A stretch of DNA of 63,223 bases, filler included, from Reticulomyxa filosa (lineage: Eukaryota > Protista > Foraminifera): NCBI GenBank assembly GCA_000512085.1. It is 11 parts of 11 records of this genome, joined end to end, with 100 filler letters (N's around TTAATTAATTAA, not from the genome) between each part and the next. Parts side by side here need not be neighbours in the genome. Positions count along the whole stretch, not along the records: positions 37,980 to 45,917 come from ASPP01012644.1; positions 46,018 to 47,269 come from ASPP01013091.1; positions 47,370 to 48,943 come from ASPP01033521.1; positions 49,044 to 51,584 come from ASPP01026332.1; positions 51,685 to 61,931 come from ASPP01007096.1; 6 more parts are not named here. One strand, written 5' to 3'. Shown here piece by piece: positions 38,473 through 51,789 of this stretch. The stretch's first letter is position 1. The number at the start of each line of letters is the position of its first letter. A program made the translations under genes and the position numbers. The notes beneath the pieces were generated by a model. The model ran no database searches, was not told the origin of the DNA, and saw only the letters and a list, made by a program, of their open reading frames with translations.

Positions 38473-41400
38473 TCACCAATTTTCATCTTCTTTTGGAGGC
38501 TCGCCATTTTTGGAGTATAATTCTCGTAATCCTTCACGGTATCTGAGTGTTATAAAAACAAAAAAGTTATTTAAAAGATCCGACAAAAACATGAATGCAC
38601 TAAACTTTTTGAAGAGCTGTGGACGTTTGAGCTTAAAGGATGGAGTGAGAGTATCGTTTTGAATACTGAATCCTTGCAAAAATTCATCGACGTGGCATTC
38701 CAGCATGATGTCTTTGACAATTTCAAATTTTTCCAAATCGAGTTTAAGAGTCGACATCTCTTTGAAAACCAGATTCTTTATTGCATCTTTTTTAGTTTCT
38801 GCAATTTCGTTCCATGCATTAATAAATTCAACTGTCCCTGGTTTCGTCTCACTCGCCCATTCTTTATTTTCTTGCCATATCCTCCATATCCAAATGGGAT
38901 TTGGCACCACCACAGCAACAATGAAGGACTTGTACGAATTTCCGTACACCCATATTTGGCTAATTGCCTCACACACGCTGTAGGCCCCTTCTACTTTTTC
39001 TGCGGCGATATATTCTATCCCATTTCCATAGTAACGATATTTACGTTTTTCATTACGACTGTTTCCAAAGTGAAAACAAAACATACAAACAATGAAACAT
39101 ACCGCCTTGGCAAGTTTTGAACAAGTTCTTGCGACGATCGATTATGGACAAAGTACCATTGGGGTTGATTCGGCCAATATCTCCAGTGCACAACCATCCA
39201 TCTGATGTCACGGCTTTGCTCGTTGCATCTTCGCTCTTGAAATATCTTGTTTTTTTTTTTTTGAAAATCAATTCATGACATAAAATTTTTTTCTCCCCCC
39301 CCTCCCTTCCTATTATCCCTTCCATTTAAGCCTTTTCAAAAAGAAAATAGAAGTAACTACACATACCCTTTCATGATTGTTGGACCACGCATTTGGATTT
39401 CACCACGTGGCAAAGGCTAGATTTAAGATTAAAAAAAAAAAAAGTTTGTATGTATACGTATATAGAATGAATAGAAAGTGCACTTTGGGACGCATAAACA
39501 AGCAAACACAAGACCCAACTTTGTCAGTGACATAGTAGTCACATTCAGGTGCGGAAACCAAGCGAAACTCTAAGTTGTCAATTGGGACTCCGACGTGTCC
39601 AACGGTGAAGTCGGTAAAATTGGTTAAGAAACTGACAGCAATGCTTTCAGTTAAACCATAGCCTTGAGTGACGACACACTGAGGACCGCAAAGGACTCGG
39701 ACAAACTCTAAAATGTTAGGAGGAATGGGCGCACCACCGCTGGCCAAGAAGCGCACACGATCAAAGCCCAGTTCCGCTCTCACCGATTTCCACACACGGT
39801 CATCATACCATTTGCTGTATTCTCCGTCTCTCACTTTCTCTTTTCCCGTCGTTTCTGCTTTGTCAAATGCCCATTTCTTAATGCCTCCAGCTGCATTTAC
39901 CTTGGATTTTATCTGCAATTTTTTCAGTTATTTACAAAACATTTTTATTTATTTTTTTATTTTATTTTTTTTTTTTGCGAAGAGAGATATAAAAAACTCT
40001 TTCATATGTCTTGTTGAATATTCTTGGAACCCCGGCCATGACAGTGGGTCGCAAAGCTTTCCAGTCTTCACCAATCTTGCGGATATCTCCTTGGAAGAAG
40101 GCCACTTGTGCACCAACTGACATTAATACTGTGATTACTCCAGACTCCAACGAATGTGCCAAAGGCAGGTAACTTACATGGACATCATGAGGGCCAAATG
40201 GCTGTTTCATTTGCTGAGAGCGTCTAAACACGCTTGCCACCACACTTGCAAATGCTTGATGTGTGATCATTACTCCTATAAATATAAATATAAATATAAT
40301 GTGTTATATTTTGATAAAATATTTATACAAAAAAAGTTACTTATTGTCATTAACCTTTAGGATCACCGGTTGTTCCACTGTTGTTTTGTATAAATAAAAT
40401 CACAACCAATACAATATATTAACATTGGCATTACATACTATATATTTAAACTAACCTGGTGTACATAATGTAGGCAAGATCTTCAGGACTGGAAGGTTGT
40501 ATTTTGAATTCATTTTTTGATCTCTGTCATATGTTTATTTTTATATAATTTTTTTAAAAAAAGTATTATCTTAATGATAAGATAAAAAAAAAAAAAAAAA
40601 AACAAAACATTTTCCAATTCAGTTAATCCCAATAAAGTAATCCCAAAATTTTTTGCAATTTCCAAATCTTCAGGACGAACACTTTCATGTTTATTTCCAA
40701 ATCTTTCTTGAAAATCAAATTGTATGACATACTTTAATACCAATGGAGTATCACTTTCCTTCTTTTTGTTGTGTTCAATGGCATCCCACAACTTGGGTAA
40801 CTTATCCTTTTCCACAAATATCACCGGCAATTCTGCATGTGACACTATATATTCCACTGCATGTGATCCCAATGTATCATACAGTGCTACCGTACGATAA
40901 TTTTGTGACCAATTCGCTAAGTGGACATACATCCATTCTGGTCTGTTTTTGTTTTTGTTTTTTTTTCCCCAAACAATGTTTTCATTCAACACTTATTTAT
41001 TTTGTTTGAATCTTCATTTTAAAAAAAAAAATCGCACATTAAAAAAAAAGAAGTACCTGTTAATGCAAAACAAGCCCACATTTGCTTTTTCACTCAATTC
41101 CAAACTAGCAAGTCCTATTTTTTTTTTTTTTTGGCAATTCACAAAAAAGATCATAATTAAATATTGACCAGCACATGCGAGACAATAAGAATAAGTACCT
41201 GTGCCGATTTTTTTAACTTCGTCTAATACTTCCAAATATGTATCCCATTTATAATCACCTCGTTTGCTGACGTCTTTTTCTGTGTATTTTTTTTTTTAAA
41301 AATTAATCTTTTGCTTTTTTTTTTTATACGTTACCACCCTCTCTCCACCTTTCCTACTTTGGTTTAAAAATTAGGATCACTCTTCAAACTTACCGTCAAT

Positions 41401-41754
41401 CCAGGGACGATATCCGATTGCAGGGGAACTTTTTCCCTTGGATACACCATGCCTTTTTTTTTTTTAATGTGTTATTTTTTCTCTGCCCTTTCATCCTTTT
41501 TTTTTTTTTTTGCGAAACAATGTGTGGCTTCCTTACAAAAAAATTTTCCACCCAGAATCGACCACCTCTTCTTCTTTAGAGTCTTCTGACAGAATTGCTT
41601 TGAGGAATTTTTGAAAACCGTCCTTTGCTTCTGGTACACGGTATATGGGAGTTGTATCTTTTTCTTCAGTTCCATCCAAAGATACAGTTTGCAAAACTGT
41701 ATCAGACATTAATTGATGGTTGTAACCTTTCCATGTCGAATTTTGTGCGCCCAT
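38473..41754 (-). CDS. Long-chain acyl-CoA synthetase (AMP-binding), about 12 exons
   Basis: NRPEW, VALYDTLG, IMYT/SGTTGDPK, SYLPLAH, QGYGLTE, GHVGVP, MKG/YFK, GWLCTGDIG, IIDRRKNLFK, EYIAAEKVE, TLTPSFKLKR. Start MGAQNS at 41754. Confidence 0.95.
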
Positions 41755-42348
41755 TGTAGAGAAGATATACAAAAATCATGCAAAAGGGACCAAATAATCA
41801 ATAAAAATTTAGAACGTTTTTTGTGTGAACTTGACAACAAAAGTGTGTAAAATTTATTTTTTTCGATGGATTAAATAAAGAAACGAAATGAATGTACATA
41901 TCGTTATCATTTTATCTTCATGATACTTTTTATTTTGAAAAAGAAAAATGGTTTTGTATTTAAATCCCATAAAATAATTGTGGAATCTCCACTGGTTGTG
42001 GTATTTTGTTATCATTAATCGATTGTCGGACTTATGTTGTCTCAACTCGACCAACTGTATGCTCGTATCCCATCCAACGCTTTCGTCTGTTTAAACCTAG
42101 TAGTTCATATAATTCAAATTCATTCTTATCATATAACACATCATATTAGGGATATGCTTTTTTTAGAAATTAAAGTTTAAATGGTACATTTAGACAAAAA
42201 ATACTTTATGTTAAGAGATGTCGTGGTTGAAGTTAAAGTTGTTAATACTTTTGATTACATTTAACTCAAAACAAATCATTGGATAACTCAAGAAACAAAT
42301 AATGAGTAACGAATACAGACAAAAAAAAAGCACGGAAAAACTAAATTT

Positions 42349-45300
42349 CTACGAAGATTGACGAACAAGTTCGAACCACTGCCTAAGTGCATCCGCAACA
42401 ACTTGAGGCAAAGAGAAAATATCATTCAAAACAACATAATATGGAAATGGGAAATCATCTAAATAGCCTTTGACTTGGATTTGTTGTTTTGCGTGTGGAT
42501 TCATGACAATGGATTTCATATTAAGGATGGATTCCTTTCGTTGAGCATCTTCTTTGGACATGTATTTTGCAAATTTTTGTTGCGGTTGTGCATTTTTGTT
42601 GTCTGTGTTAGAATCGCTGGCATTGTCAACAATTAATAACAAAATGACCTGCTTTCGCTGATGTGCTGTTCGAATTAATTTCTCCAGTCTTTCTCTGTCT
42701 TGTTGAATTCTGCCATCCGAAATAATAAACACCAAGGACAGCGTTTCTCGATTATCAACAACCACAGAGTCTGAAGCATTACTATTCTTATTGCGTTTTT
42801 GTTCTTGGGAAATGCTTTTAAACGTTCCTTCGGATCCACTTAAGATATTGATGACAGTACCAATCAAATCTTGATATTTGGTTTCGCGCTGCGCAAATGA
42901 AAATTGTGACAAAATAAACGCACCAGTGTTGTCATTGTCACTGAAAACACTATCCAAAGAATGTAGCATTTCGACTTTGTGTCCAAATGACAGCACTCCG
43001 ATTTTTCCAACCTCCAGCTTGTACAAGGCATTACATAAGATGCACAGAGCCTCCAATGCGACGCGATTGACACTATTTTCTTTCATAGATTCACTATCGT
43101 CAATGCAAATTAATACTTGGTAATTTCTTTTCTGAGGCTTGCAACGTCGCAGCCAAATTTTGTCCTTGCGGAAGGAGCTGGCAATGTAAGGAATGACTTT
43201 TTTCATATTGATACGTTTTCCGGTGCGGAAGTCTCCACCCAATTTGGTCTTTTGCAATTGTTCCAAAATGGTACGCAATTGTTCGCAAAGCTGTTGCGAC
43301 AATGGATTCGTAACCATGCAAAGCTGTTGCCAAATTTGTTCGTATGTGGAGGGATCCTGTTTTTCATTCGGGTTCGTGCCATCGTTGAACGTGTTTTTCC
43401 AATTGTTCCAATTGCGTAGCTTTTCATCTAATTGCGCACGCAATTCGGATATCTCTTTGGCATCAATTTCATCTTCCTCTTCCTCCTCTTCCTCGTCTTC
43501 GTCCTTCTTTTCGCTTCCCTCGTCATTTCCTTCGATTCCGTTCTTTCCTTCTCTCTTTTCCATCTCTTTCATAATCTCCTCCAAGTCCTTGCCTTTTTCA
43601 AGCTCGGACATTATGTGTTGGATGTGTATCTTTAGTTGTTGCTCGTCCTCATTGGTCAATTCCGCCGACTCTTGAGAAGGCTCTTCGGGTATGTGTTGGA
43701 GCATTTCCTGCAGTAATTGCATTTTTTGCTTATATTCTAGCTCTTCTTCTGACATTTCCGGTTTCTTTGTCTTGTCTTTCTTCGATGCACGTTCCCAGTC
43801 TTTTTGCAATGCCTCCTTTGCTTTTTGTTGTTTCTCTTCTTCTTTCTTTTCCTCTCCCGACCCGGACTTTTTTGTATTTTTCCAAGGATCGTAGCTGTTG
43901 TCCTTCTCGTCCTTAAATTTCTCTCCGTCCTATTGTTTGTGTTATTTGATATAAGCACAATGAAAAAAGACTTTTTCTGATTGTTGTTATTCCGCACATA
44001 CAAATATACATATAAATATACATTACCTCAAGGACTTCATTTGCATCACGCTCTTCTTCTTCCTCGTCAGGCTCTTCTCGTTGAGACTGGCTCTATTGAT
44101 TAAATCTTCTTCTCGTGCATCGCAGAGCGCTTCTAATTGGTCTTTTTTCTGCATTTCCTCGGGAACGTGGGCATATCCGTCGGCATCCAAGTCTTTCTCT
44201 TTGTCGCTCATGTGGGCATCTCCATCGCTGTCGGCGTCATCGTTGGCATCCTTTTGGTCGATGTTCATCTCTTGTCGTGCCGAAGTATCTTGTTCGATGA
44301 TATTTAGTCTTTGCTTCCATTGCGACAGGGCATCTCCCAGCGATCGAAATGGGTTGCTTTTGTCTTCTTCTCTTTGTTTCGGTGGCCTTTTGTCGCTGGA
44401 GTCATTTTGCTTTTTTGGCACTTGCTTGACAGGCTGCCACTCTCCGTCGGTCGGATCTCGTTGCATTTGCTGTGTGGGATCCGTCTCTTCGTTGTTTTGC
44501 ATTTTGCGTTGCGACCAAGACGTCTTTGTGTCCTGGTCATTCATTGTTTGGTCCTCTTTCTCATCCTTGTCTCGCTCTTCGTCACGCATTGGAGCGTTTT
44601 CACCCATTCCCGACTCCACACCAAACACGTCCGGCTCGTCCATGTTCTTGTTGTTATTGTTGAGTTGTCCTTGTCGACGGCCGTATTTTCCATATCGTCC
44701 TCGATTACTCTCTCCTCTTCCGCCTCTTTGTCATCCTTTTCGGCTTGGTTTTCATTGTCATTGTCGCTTGTGTCTTTCATTTCGATTTCGGGATGTGTCA
44801 TGTCTGGGTTCAGGGCGTTTGTTTTTTCTTTTTCATTAGAGGCTTCGTTTTCCTTTTCGTCTTTGTTTTCATTTTCATCTTTATCTTTGTCTTTCTCGTT
44901 GTCGTTGTCATCGTCGCCAAGTTGTCGATTTTTCTTTTCACTGTCCAATTCAATGTCCTGTGGTACTTCGTCTTCGGAAAGATCCATAAAATCTTTCAAT
45001 TTTTCGGACATTTCTTCTCCTTTTTCCTCTTCTTTCCATTCGTCTGGCAAATCCGTGTTATCTCCTGCGTTTGGGGGTTTCATCACTTATTAACACACAC
45101 ACAATGTTGCTTGTTTGAAACAAAACAAAAAAAAGTCCAATGACAAATACAACTCTCATATCCTTCATCTCATTCGTGCGCAATTAGTAAACAAACAAAG
45201 ACATAGGACTAAACATTCGCCGGCGCCTCGATTTAAGTCCTTCGTTTTCTCTTCTTCTCTTTCCTTCTCGGCGTCTTGGATCTCTTCGTCCATATCTTTA

Positions 45301-45858
45301 ATATCGTTTTGATCATTTAAATCGGCGTTGAGATCGTTTTCATTGTTGTTCCCTTCTTCCTCATCTTCCTTTCCTCCATCTCCTTCGCCGTCCAAATCGT
45401 CGATTTGCATATGCTCGGGTAAATTCAAATCCCGTTGAAAGTTTTCGCGTTCATTTTCCTCGTCTTTGTCGCCATCTTTTCCCTTTGCGTTTTTTTCTTT
45501 CACTTCAGCCTCTTCGTCGCTAGCGTTTTGATCCAAATCCGACATCTCATCTGCAAACTCTAACTTCGCCGTTGGGACGTCTTTACCCTTCTCTTGTTCG
45601 TTCTTCTGTTCGCCGTCGGCATCATCCTCGTTTTCATTGTCTCTGGTATTCTTTTCCTCCTTCATGTCCGCGTCGCCGTCCAATTCATTGTCCTGTTTTG
45701 CCTCCACACGTGCATGTTTGTCTTTTTGATTGAGTTGTTGGTTTTGATTCCGTTTGTCTTCTTCTCCCTTGTCTTTTTCGTTTTGTTTGTTCTCTTTGGA
45801 ATTTTTCTCTTGTTCTTCTTCTTCGTCGTCACTGCCCCACATGCGTTGATCGACGATC
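42349..45858 (-). CDS. MDN1: Midasin (Rea1) acidic linker and C-terminal VWA/MIDAS domain, 5' truncated
   Basis: LCEQLRTILE...GDFRTGKRINMKKVIPYIASSFRKDKIWLRR...YQVLICIDDSESM, IISDG, YLDDFPFPYY, LPQVVADALRQWFE; D/E-rich linker with NPFRSLGDAL. Confidence 0.96.
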
Positions 45859-46053
45859 TGTGTTTAATAATTTGCATATGTAAATATATATGAATATATA
45901 CATTTACATATATATATNNNNNNNNNNNNNNNNNNNNNNNNNNNNNNNNNNNNNNNNNNNNTTAATTAATTAANNNNNNNNNNNNNNNNNNNNNNNNNNN
46001 NNNNNNNNNNNNNNNNNGTCTCGATACCCGCCCCGATCCCGGGGCTTCAGCAC

Positions 46054-46058
46054 AGGAG
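46054..46058 (+). promoter_or_regulatory. Shine-Dalgarno sequence of infC
   Basis: AGGAG, 9 nt upstream of the in-frame ATA at 46068. Confidence 0.7.
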
Positions 46059-46067
46059 AAGTCAGCC

Positions 46068-46601
46068 ATAGCACGACCTGCACAACAGACTGCGCCCACC
46101 CGTGAGGGTCCGCGCGTCAACGGCGAGATCCGAGCCGCGCAAGTCCGTCTCATCGACGAGAACGGCGAAATGGTCGGCGTGCTCAGCACGCGCGAAGCGA
46201 TCGAGATGGCCGAAGAGGCAAGCCTCGACCTGATCGAGATTTCGCCCAATGCCGTACCGCCGGTCGCCAAGATCTCCGACTACGGCAAATACAAGTACGA
46301 GGCGCAGAAGAAGGCCCAGAGGCGCGCAAGCACCAGAAGGTCATCGAGGTCAAAGGATCAAGATGCGCCCGAAATCGATGAGCATGACTACGAAGTGAAG
46401 ATGCGCGCCATGAAGCGGTTCATCGAGGAAGGCGACAAGGTGAAGGTCACCCTGCGTTTCCGCGGCCGTGAGATGGTGCATGCCAATCTCGGCATGGAGG
46501 TGTTGAACCGCGTGCGTGGCGAGATGGACGAGCACACCAAGATCGAGTCGATGCCGCGCATGGAAGGCCGCCAGATGATCATGGTGCTGGCGCCCAAGTA
46601 A
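46068..46601 (+). CDS. infC: Bacterial translation initiation factor IF-3 (alphaproteobacterial type), ATA start
   Basis: GPRVNGEIRAAQVRLIDENGEMVGV...LDLIEISPNAVPPVAKISDYGKYKYE...GDKVKVTLRFRGRE...MPRMEGRQMIMVLAPK. GC-rich with no introns. Three compensating 1-nt losses at ~46318-46375. Confidence 0.95.
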   Translation: MARPAQQTAPTREGPRVNGEIRAAQVRLIDENGEMVGVLSTREAIEMAEEASLDLIEISPNAVPPVAKISDYGKYKYEAQKKAQRRASTRRSSRSKDQDAPEIDEHDYEVKMRAMKRFIEEGDKVKVTLRFRGREMVHANLGMEVLNRVRGEMDEHTKIESMPRMEGRQMIMVLAPK

Positions 46602-46610
46602 GTGTTCGAG

Positions 46611-46640
46611 TAGGCGCCGAACAGGCGGCCCCTATTTTTT
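46611..46640 (+). terminator. Possible intrinsic terminator between convergent genes
   Basis: Imperfect stem tagg-cgcc/gaaca/ggcg-(gcc)-ccta followed by T6. Confidence 0.3.
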
Positions 46641-47269
46641 CGGGGGCCGCTGCCGCAGCGTCACCGTTCCGGCGGTACGCTGCTCGTCGGGGTTGAAGCG
46701 CCCCGTGGTCACGGTGTTGTCCGGCCAGGTCACGCTGTAGACGGTCTCGCCGGCAAACGCCATTGGGCCCTCCCCCTTCGCCGACTGCCAGTAGTCGCAG
46801 CGCACCCCGTCGCCGGGGTCGATCTGCTGCGCGAGGCAGAACTGGTGCAGCACGTAGGGGATGAAACGTGCCCGGCCGCCTTCGGGCGCCGTGGCAACGT
46901 TCAGACCGAAGGACGAAGGCTGCCGCCCGCAGCGCTCGCGGGCCAGGATCGCCGACGTCCCCCGGTGTCCGCATCTGGAGCCCTTCGAGATCGACCCGCA
47001 AGGCCTCCAGGGCGCGTGCACGGGCGGCCTCGGTGAAGTTGGCGGCCACCAGTGCCGCCTCGTAGCGGCCGACCACTTCCGCAAGCTGAGCTTCCGGATA
47101 GCCGGCCCGCGCAAGGTCGCGTGACCAGGAAAGGGTTTCCAGCGCCGCCACGACCATCTCGCCGGTAAGGCCCGAGCGTTGGTCCCATTCCCCCAGCACG
47201 TTGGCCGGCGTCCAGCAATACTTCAGGAGATTGTAGCCGCCCGCCTCGACCGGCAGCGCCCGCGTCTTC
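46632..47269 (-). CDS. Bacterial hypothetical protein, 5' truncated, one frameshift near 46960
   Basis: ORF 46579-47199 (N-terminal part) and ORF 46632-47114 (C-terminal part) join into one GC3-rich reading path ending ...TVTLRQRPPKK*. Confidence 0.65.
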
Positions 47270-48316
47270 NNNNNNNNNNNNNNNNNNNNNNNNNNNNNNN
47301 NNNNNNNNNNNNNTTAATTAATTAANNNNNNNNNNNNNNNNNNNNNNNNNNNNNNNNNNNNNNNNNNNNTCATTTGAGCTGGATTGCTCAAAATCGTTTG
47401 TAAAAAAAATTTGAGAGACAGCAGAAAATGAATAATTTGTGTCAGGATTGATCAATTATTTATGAGAGTGGATGATTGAATGAAATAACAACACAAATAA
47501 TTTTGTTGGTTGCATTACAAGCAAATAAACATCTTTTTGATGGAAATACTTGTACATGATCTTTTCTGTATGAAATTTTTTTATTATTTTTCAAATTTGC
47601 TGTGCAGGCACTGATGATTTGGTTTTGTAAACCATTCTTCATTTTAAAGAGACAATGAGGAAGATTGAGATACATTTAGGTGAGTCTTGTAGGGCAATTC
47701 CATACTGTAGACGGCTGAACTCTGAAATCTTTGAGGAGCCCTCAGTGGACTAAACTTCTTCACCAACTTTCTTCACTTCTTGTCTTTGTTTTCTTGCTTT
47801 TATTGTGTTATGATCTTTTATTGGTTAATTCAATATTGTTTTATCGAAAGCAGTTTTCTTCGAGTAGAAAACTTTTGTATTACATTTAGTGCAGCTGACG
47901 TCCCAAAGTCTGAAGGAGCAATAATTTATAATATGTCAAATGATTTTTTCTTTAGTTATGTTGTTTATATTTTATTAAGATAAATACGTGGCATTATTTT
48001 TTGCTATAAGACTATTTAATTTTGATTTTAACTGTAACATGTTTACTTTTATTCACAGAAGAGCAACATCTGAGATAAATTGAGTTGGAAAAATATTCAT
48101 AATTGATTTATCTTGCTTGAAACATTTTCATGATATATTTTTTAAATATTGATCATTTATTAAATGAAATTGCTTTTATTTAAAACTCTGCTTACAAGAG
48201 TAAATTTTTTTGTATCAAAATTTGAAAAGATCTTTTATAGATAAAAAAAACTAACGCAGTTAGGAAAAAGCTGTAATATCTGAGCTTTGCCCAGCTTTCT
48301 GCAGTCCAAAGTCCTT

Positions 48317-48943
48317 TTAATGATTATTGTATCTATTTTGAAGATAAAATAAGGACCTTATGTTTTGATTACTATAAAATTGATCGCTCACTTCTTTTGT
48401 AGAATTTGCTAAAACATAAATGGATGATTCATGTTTTTCTGTAATGTGATGAAACTGACCAATTATTTTTGAAGGATAAAAATTTGTTATAATGATTGGA
48501 ATGTATGACTGAACAATGTTAAATAGAAATTCATATTGTCTACCATAGTATAATCCTTTTCTTAAAAAATATCTAAAACATTCTGATTGAATTTTGATTG
48601 ATTGATCCATTGATTTTTTTAATTCTTCAATAATGAATTTATGTAAAATGGTTTCATACTGAGCTGTAATGTTTTTTTCAATAATATCGAATGATGGTCT
48701 ATACTCAATTATTCCAAAATCTAACATTGTTTGGTGGGTAGCTTCGATAACATTACCACGATTTTGAATTTTTTTGATCCATGATGGTTCACCCAAATAG
48801 AAGAGTAATTTTCTTAGGAGTTTTTTATAATTTGACACGAAATTCATCACCGCAAAAATATTGAATAAATCTGATATGTTTGTCACTGAGAACGTAAAGT
48901 CATTATCATCAATTTCTGCATTTTTTTGGTGTCATATTTAAAA
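48317..48943 (-). CDS. Hypothetical protein fragment
   Basis: An open frame of at least 189 codons in very AT-rich DNA is unlikely by chance. No motif recognised. Confidence 0.4.
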
Positions 48944-49341
48944 NNNNNNNNNNNNNNNNNNNNNNNNNNNNNNNNNNNNNNNNNNNNTTAATTAATTAAN
49001 NNNNNNNNNNNNNNNNNNNNNNNNNNNNNNNNNNNNNNNNNNNTGTATGTCCAGTGAATGCATTGATTAATTTGGATGATGGACGAAATGTATTAAACAT
49101 AAAGAATGTAATTGCCTATGTTAACAGCAAACAAATTTGTATTTATTTATTTTTATTTGAATTAAATGAAAGATAAACGTAACATAATTGGCAATTAATA
49201 TATCGAAATCATGTATCCATCCAAATTTAATGTTTAATATTCGAATCCAATGCTGAATAATGATTTGGATCTCGTTTTCATCTGACTGGTTCATGACAAG
49301 TCATACAACAAATACAATAAAAACTTGAAGACCCAGAAAAA

Positions 49342-50150
49342 CGTGTGCATCTTCAAGACAAATTATTTTGGACATTGGGTTGCTTGTTAGTGTTTTTGGT
49401 GGCGTCTCAAACGGCGTTCGAATTGGTGATAAGACGCCAGACCATGGTATTGGTTCCGAGTAGTTCTAGCGTCAAACCGTTGGACATTAATGGAACTAGG
49501 GATCTATCCAGTATGCAACTACTGATCGGGAGCAGGTTTGCACGTCGATTATTCCAACAAGGAAGATAGTGCATTATACACATCCGCGCAAAAGCTTTGT
49601 GCCATTGTCATCACTGTTGGCGAATGTTGTCTCTGGTAAAATGTTTTGATGACCGTGTCATAACATCTTTTTGTTCATTCATCGCACTTTTTTTTTTTAA
49701 AAAAAAAAAAAAAGAATTTTCTGACCCCTCCCCTTTTCCCGAAAAAATTTCTATGTTTTTTTTTTTTTTAAAAAAAAGGGATGTATGGGACATACTCCGA
49801 GTTGGTTTTGATAAATTTTTTGCTGGTATTTTTGAATTGATAATTGCAGATGTGATTGTAATACTATTGGACGAAGTAATGCAATGTGGATATGGAATGG
49901 GAAGTGGCATATCGCTTTTATCGCGACGAACATTTGCGACACGATTATTTGTAAGGCATTGTCGCAGTCGACAATAGTGACAGGAGCAGGTCCACAATAC
50001 GAAGGTGTCATTGTCGCATTGTTTCACTTGCTCTTAACCCGAAAACGCACCATTCCTGCGTTGAAGGAAGCCTTTTATAGAAATTCGTTGCCAAATGTTA
50101 TCAATTTAATGGCAACCGTGGTCGTCTTTGTTATCGTGATTTACTTCCAA
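49342..50150 (+). pseudogene. SEC61A: Sec61 alpha pseudogene (intron-retaining, truncated)
   Basis: [117 protein letters not shown]. Multiple deletions and frameshifts, an intron at ~49637-49778, no C-terminal half. Confidence 0.88.
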
Positions 50151-50866
50151 GTTATATGTACGGCGAGATCATAAACTGTTGTGAAAACAAATTTGTGAAA
50201 TTGTCTAAATTGTCATCTTTGATTGTTTGGCTAATGACGCTGAAGTCATTGAAGTGTATATAAAATTTGAACAGTTTTTTGCAGAATAGGACAAAGAAAA
50301 CTGATGTTTTAGTTACAATTTATCCTCTTCAATACGTTTTCTTAACTCGAATAAAAAATGTTTTCGTTAAAGATTTTAAAATGTATTTAAGCATGACTAT
50401 GTGTTGTGCTGCTATAAAACTATTTTAAAAAATTTTTACGTTACCAAGACAACTTGTTTGAATCAATACTAAAACTTCTGTTTTTGCTCTTTTGAAGTTT
50501 TTTCGAAACGTTGTGGAAAAGACGTTAGAATCAAAATTATCATAGTTTTGTTAATATTTTCATTAAAATTTTCTTCACTTGTTCCTAAGCGATTCAAAAT
50601 AGTTGTTTGTGCAATAGCATTTGAAGCAACTACTCGCTTTTGCTCGCGAAGAGTTAAAAAAACCCAGGAAAACTAATAATTTCAGGTTCAATCATCGTCA
50701 AAAATTTTACTTTTGGCTCAACTAACTCATAAACATTAGTCTTGATGCAACCATTACAAATTCTTGACAGATTATTGGGATATTTGGAACCTGTAAGTGT
50801 GTCTTCATGGCTTTCTTGTAACGATGACATTTTTTTATTTTTTTTAACAGACAATCCAAAAGATTA

Positions 50867-51583
<717 letters not shown>

Positions 51584-51789
51584 ANNNNNNNNNNNNNNNN
51601 NNNNNNNNNNNNNNNNNNNNNNNNNNNNTTAATTAATTAANNNNNNNNNNNNNNNNNNNNNNNNNNNNNNNNNNNNNNNNNNNNAAACGACTTGACTTTT
51701 TCGACGATTTTGAGATATATCGATATATCTACTTGTTCTTAGTTTACTTGATGTGATCTCGAGATAATCTTGACGATTTTTCACGATCG

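Noticed and set aside
46018-47269. Horizontal transfer of infC into the protist, or an organellar origin
   Set aside because: Separate contig with bacterial composition and signals, and no host flanks.
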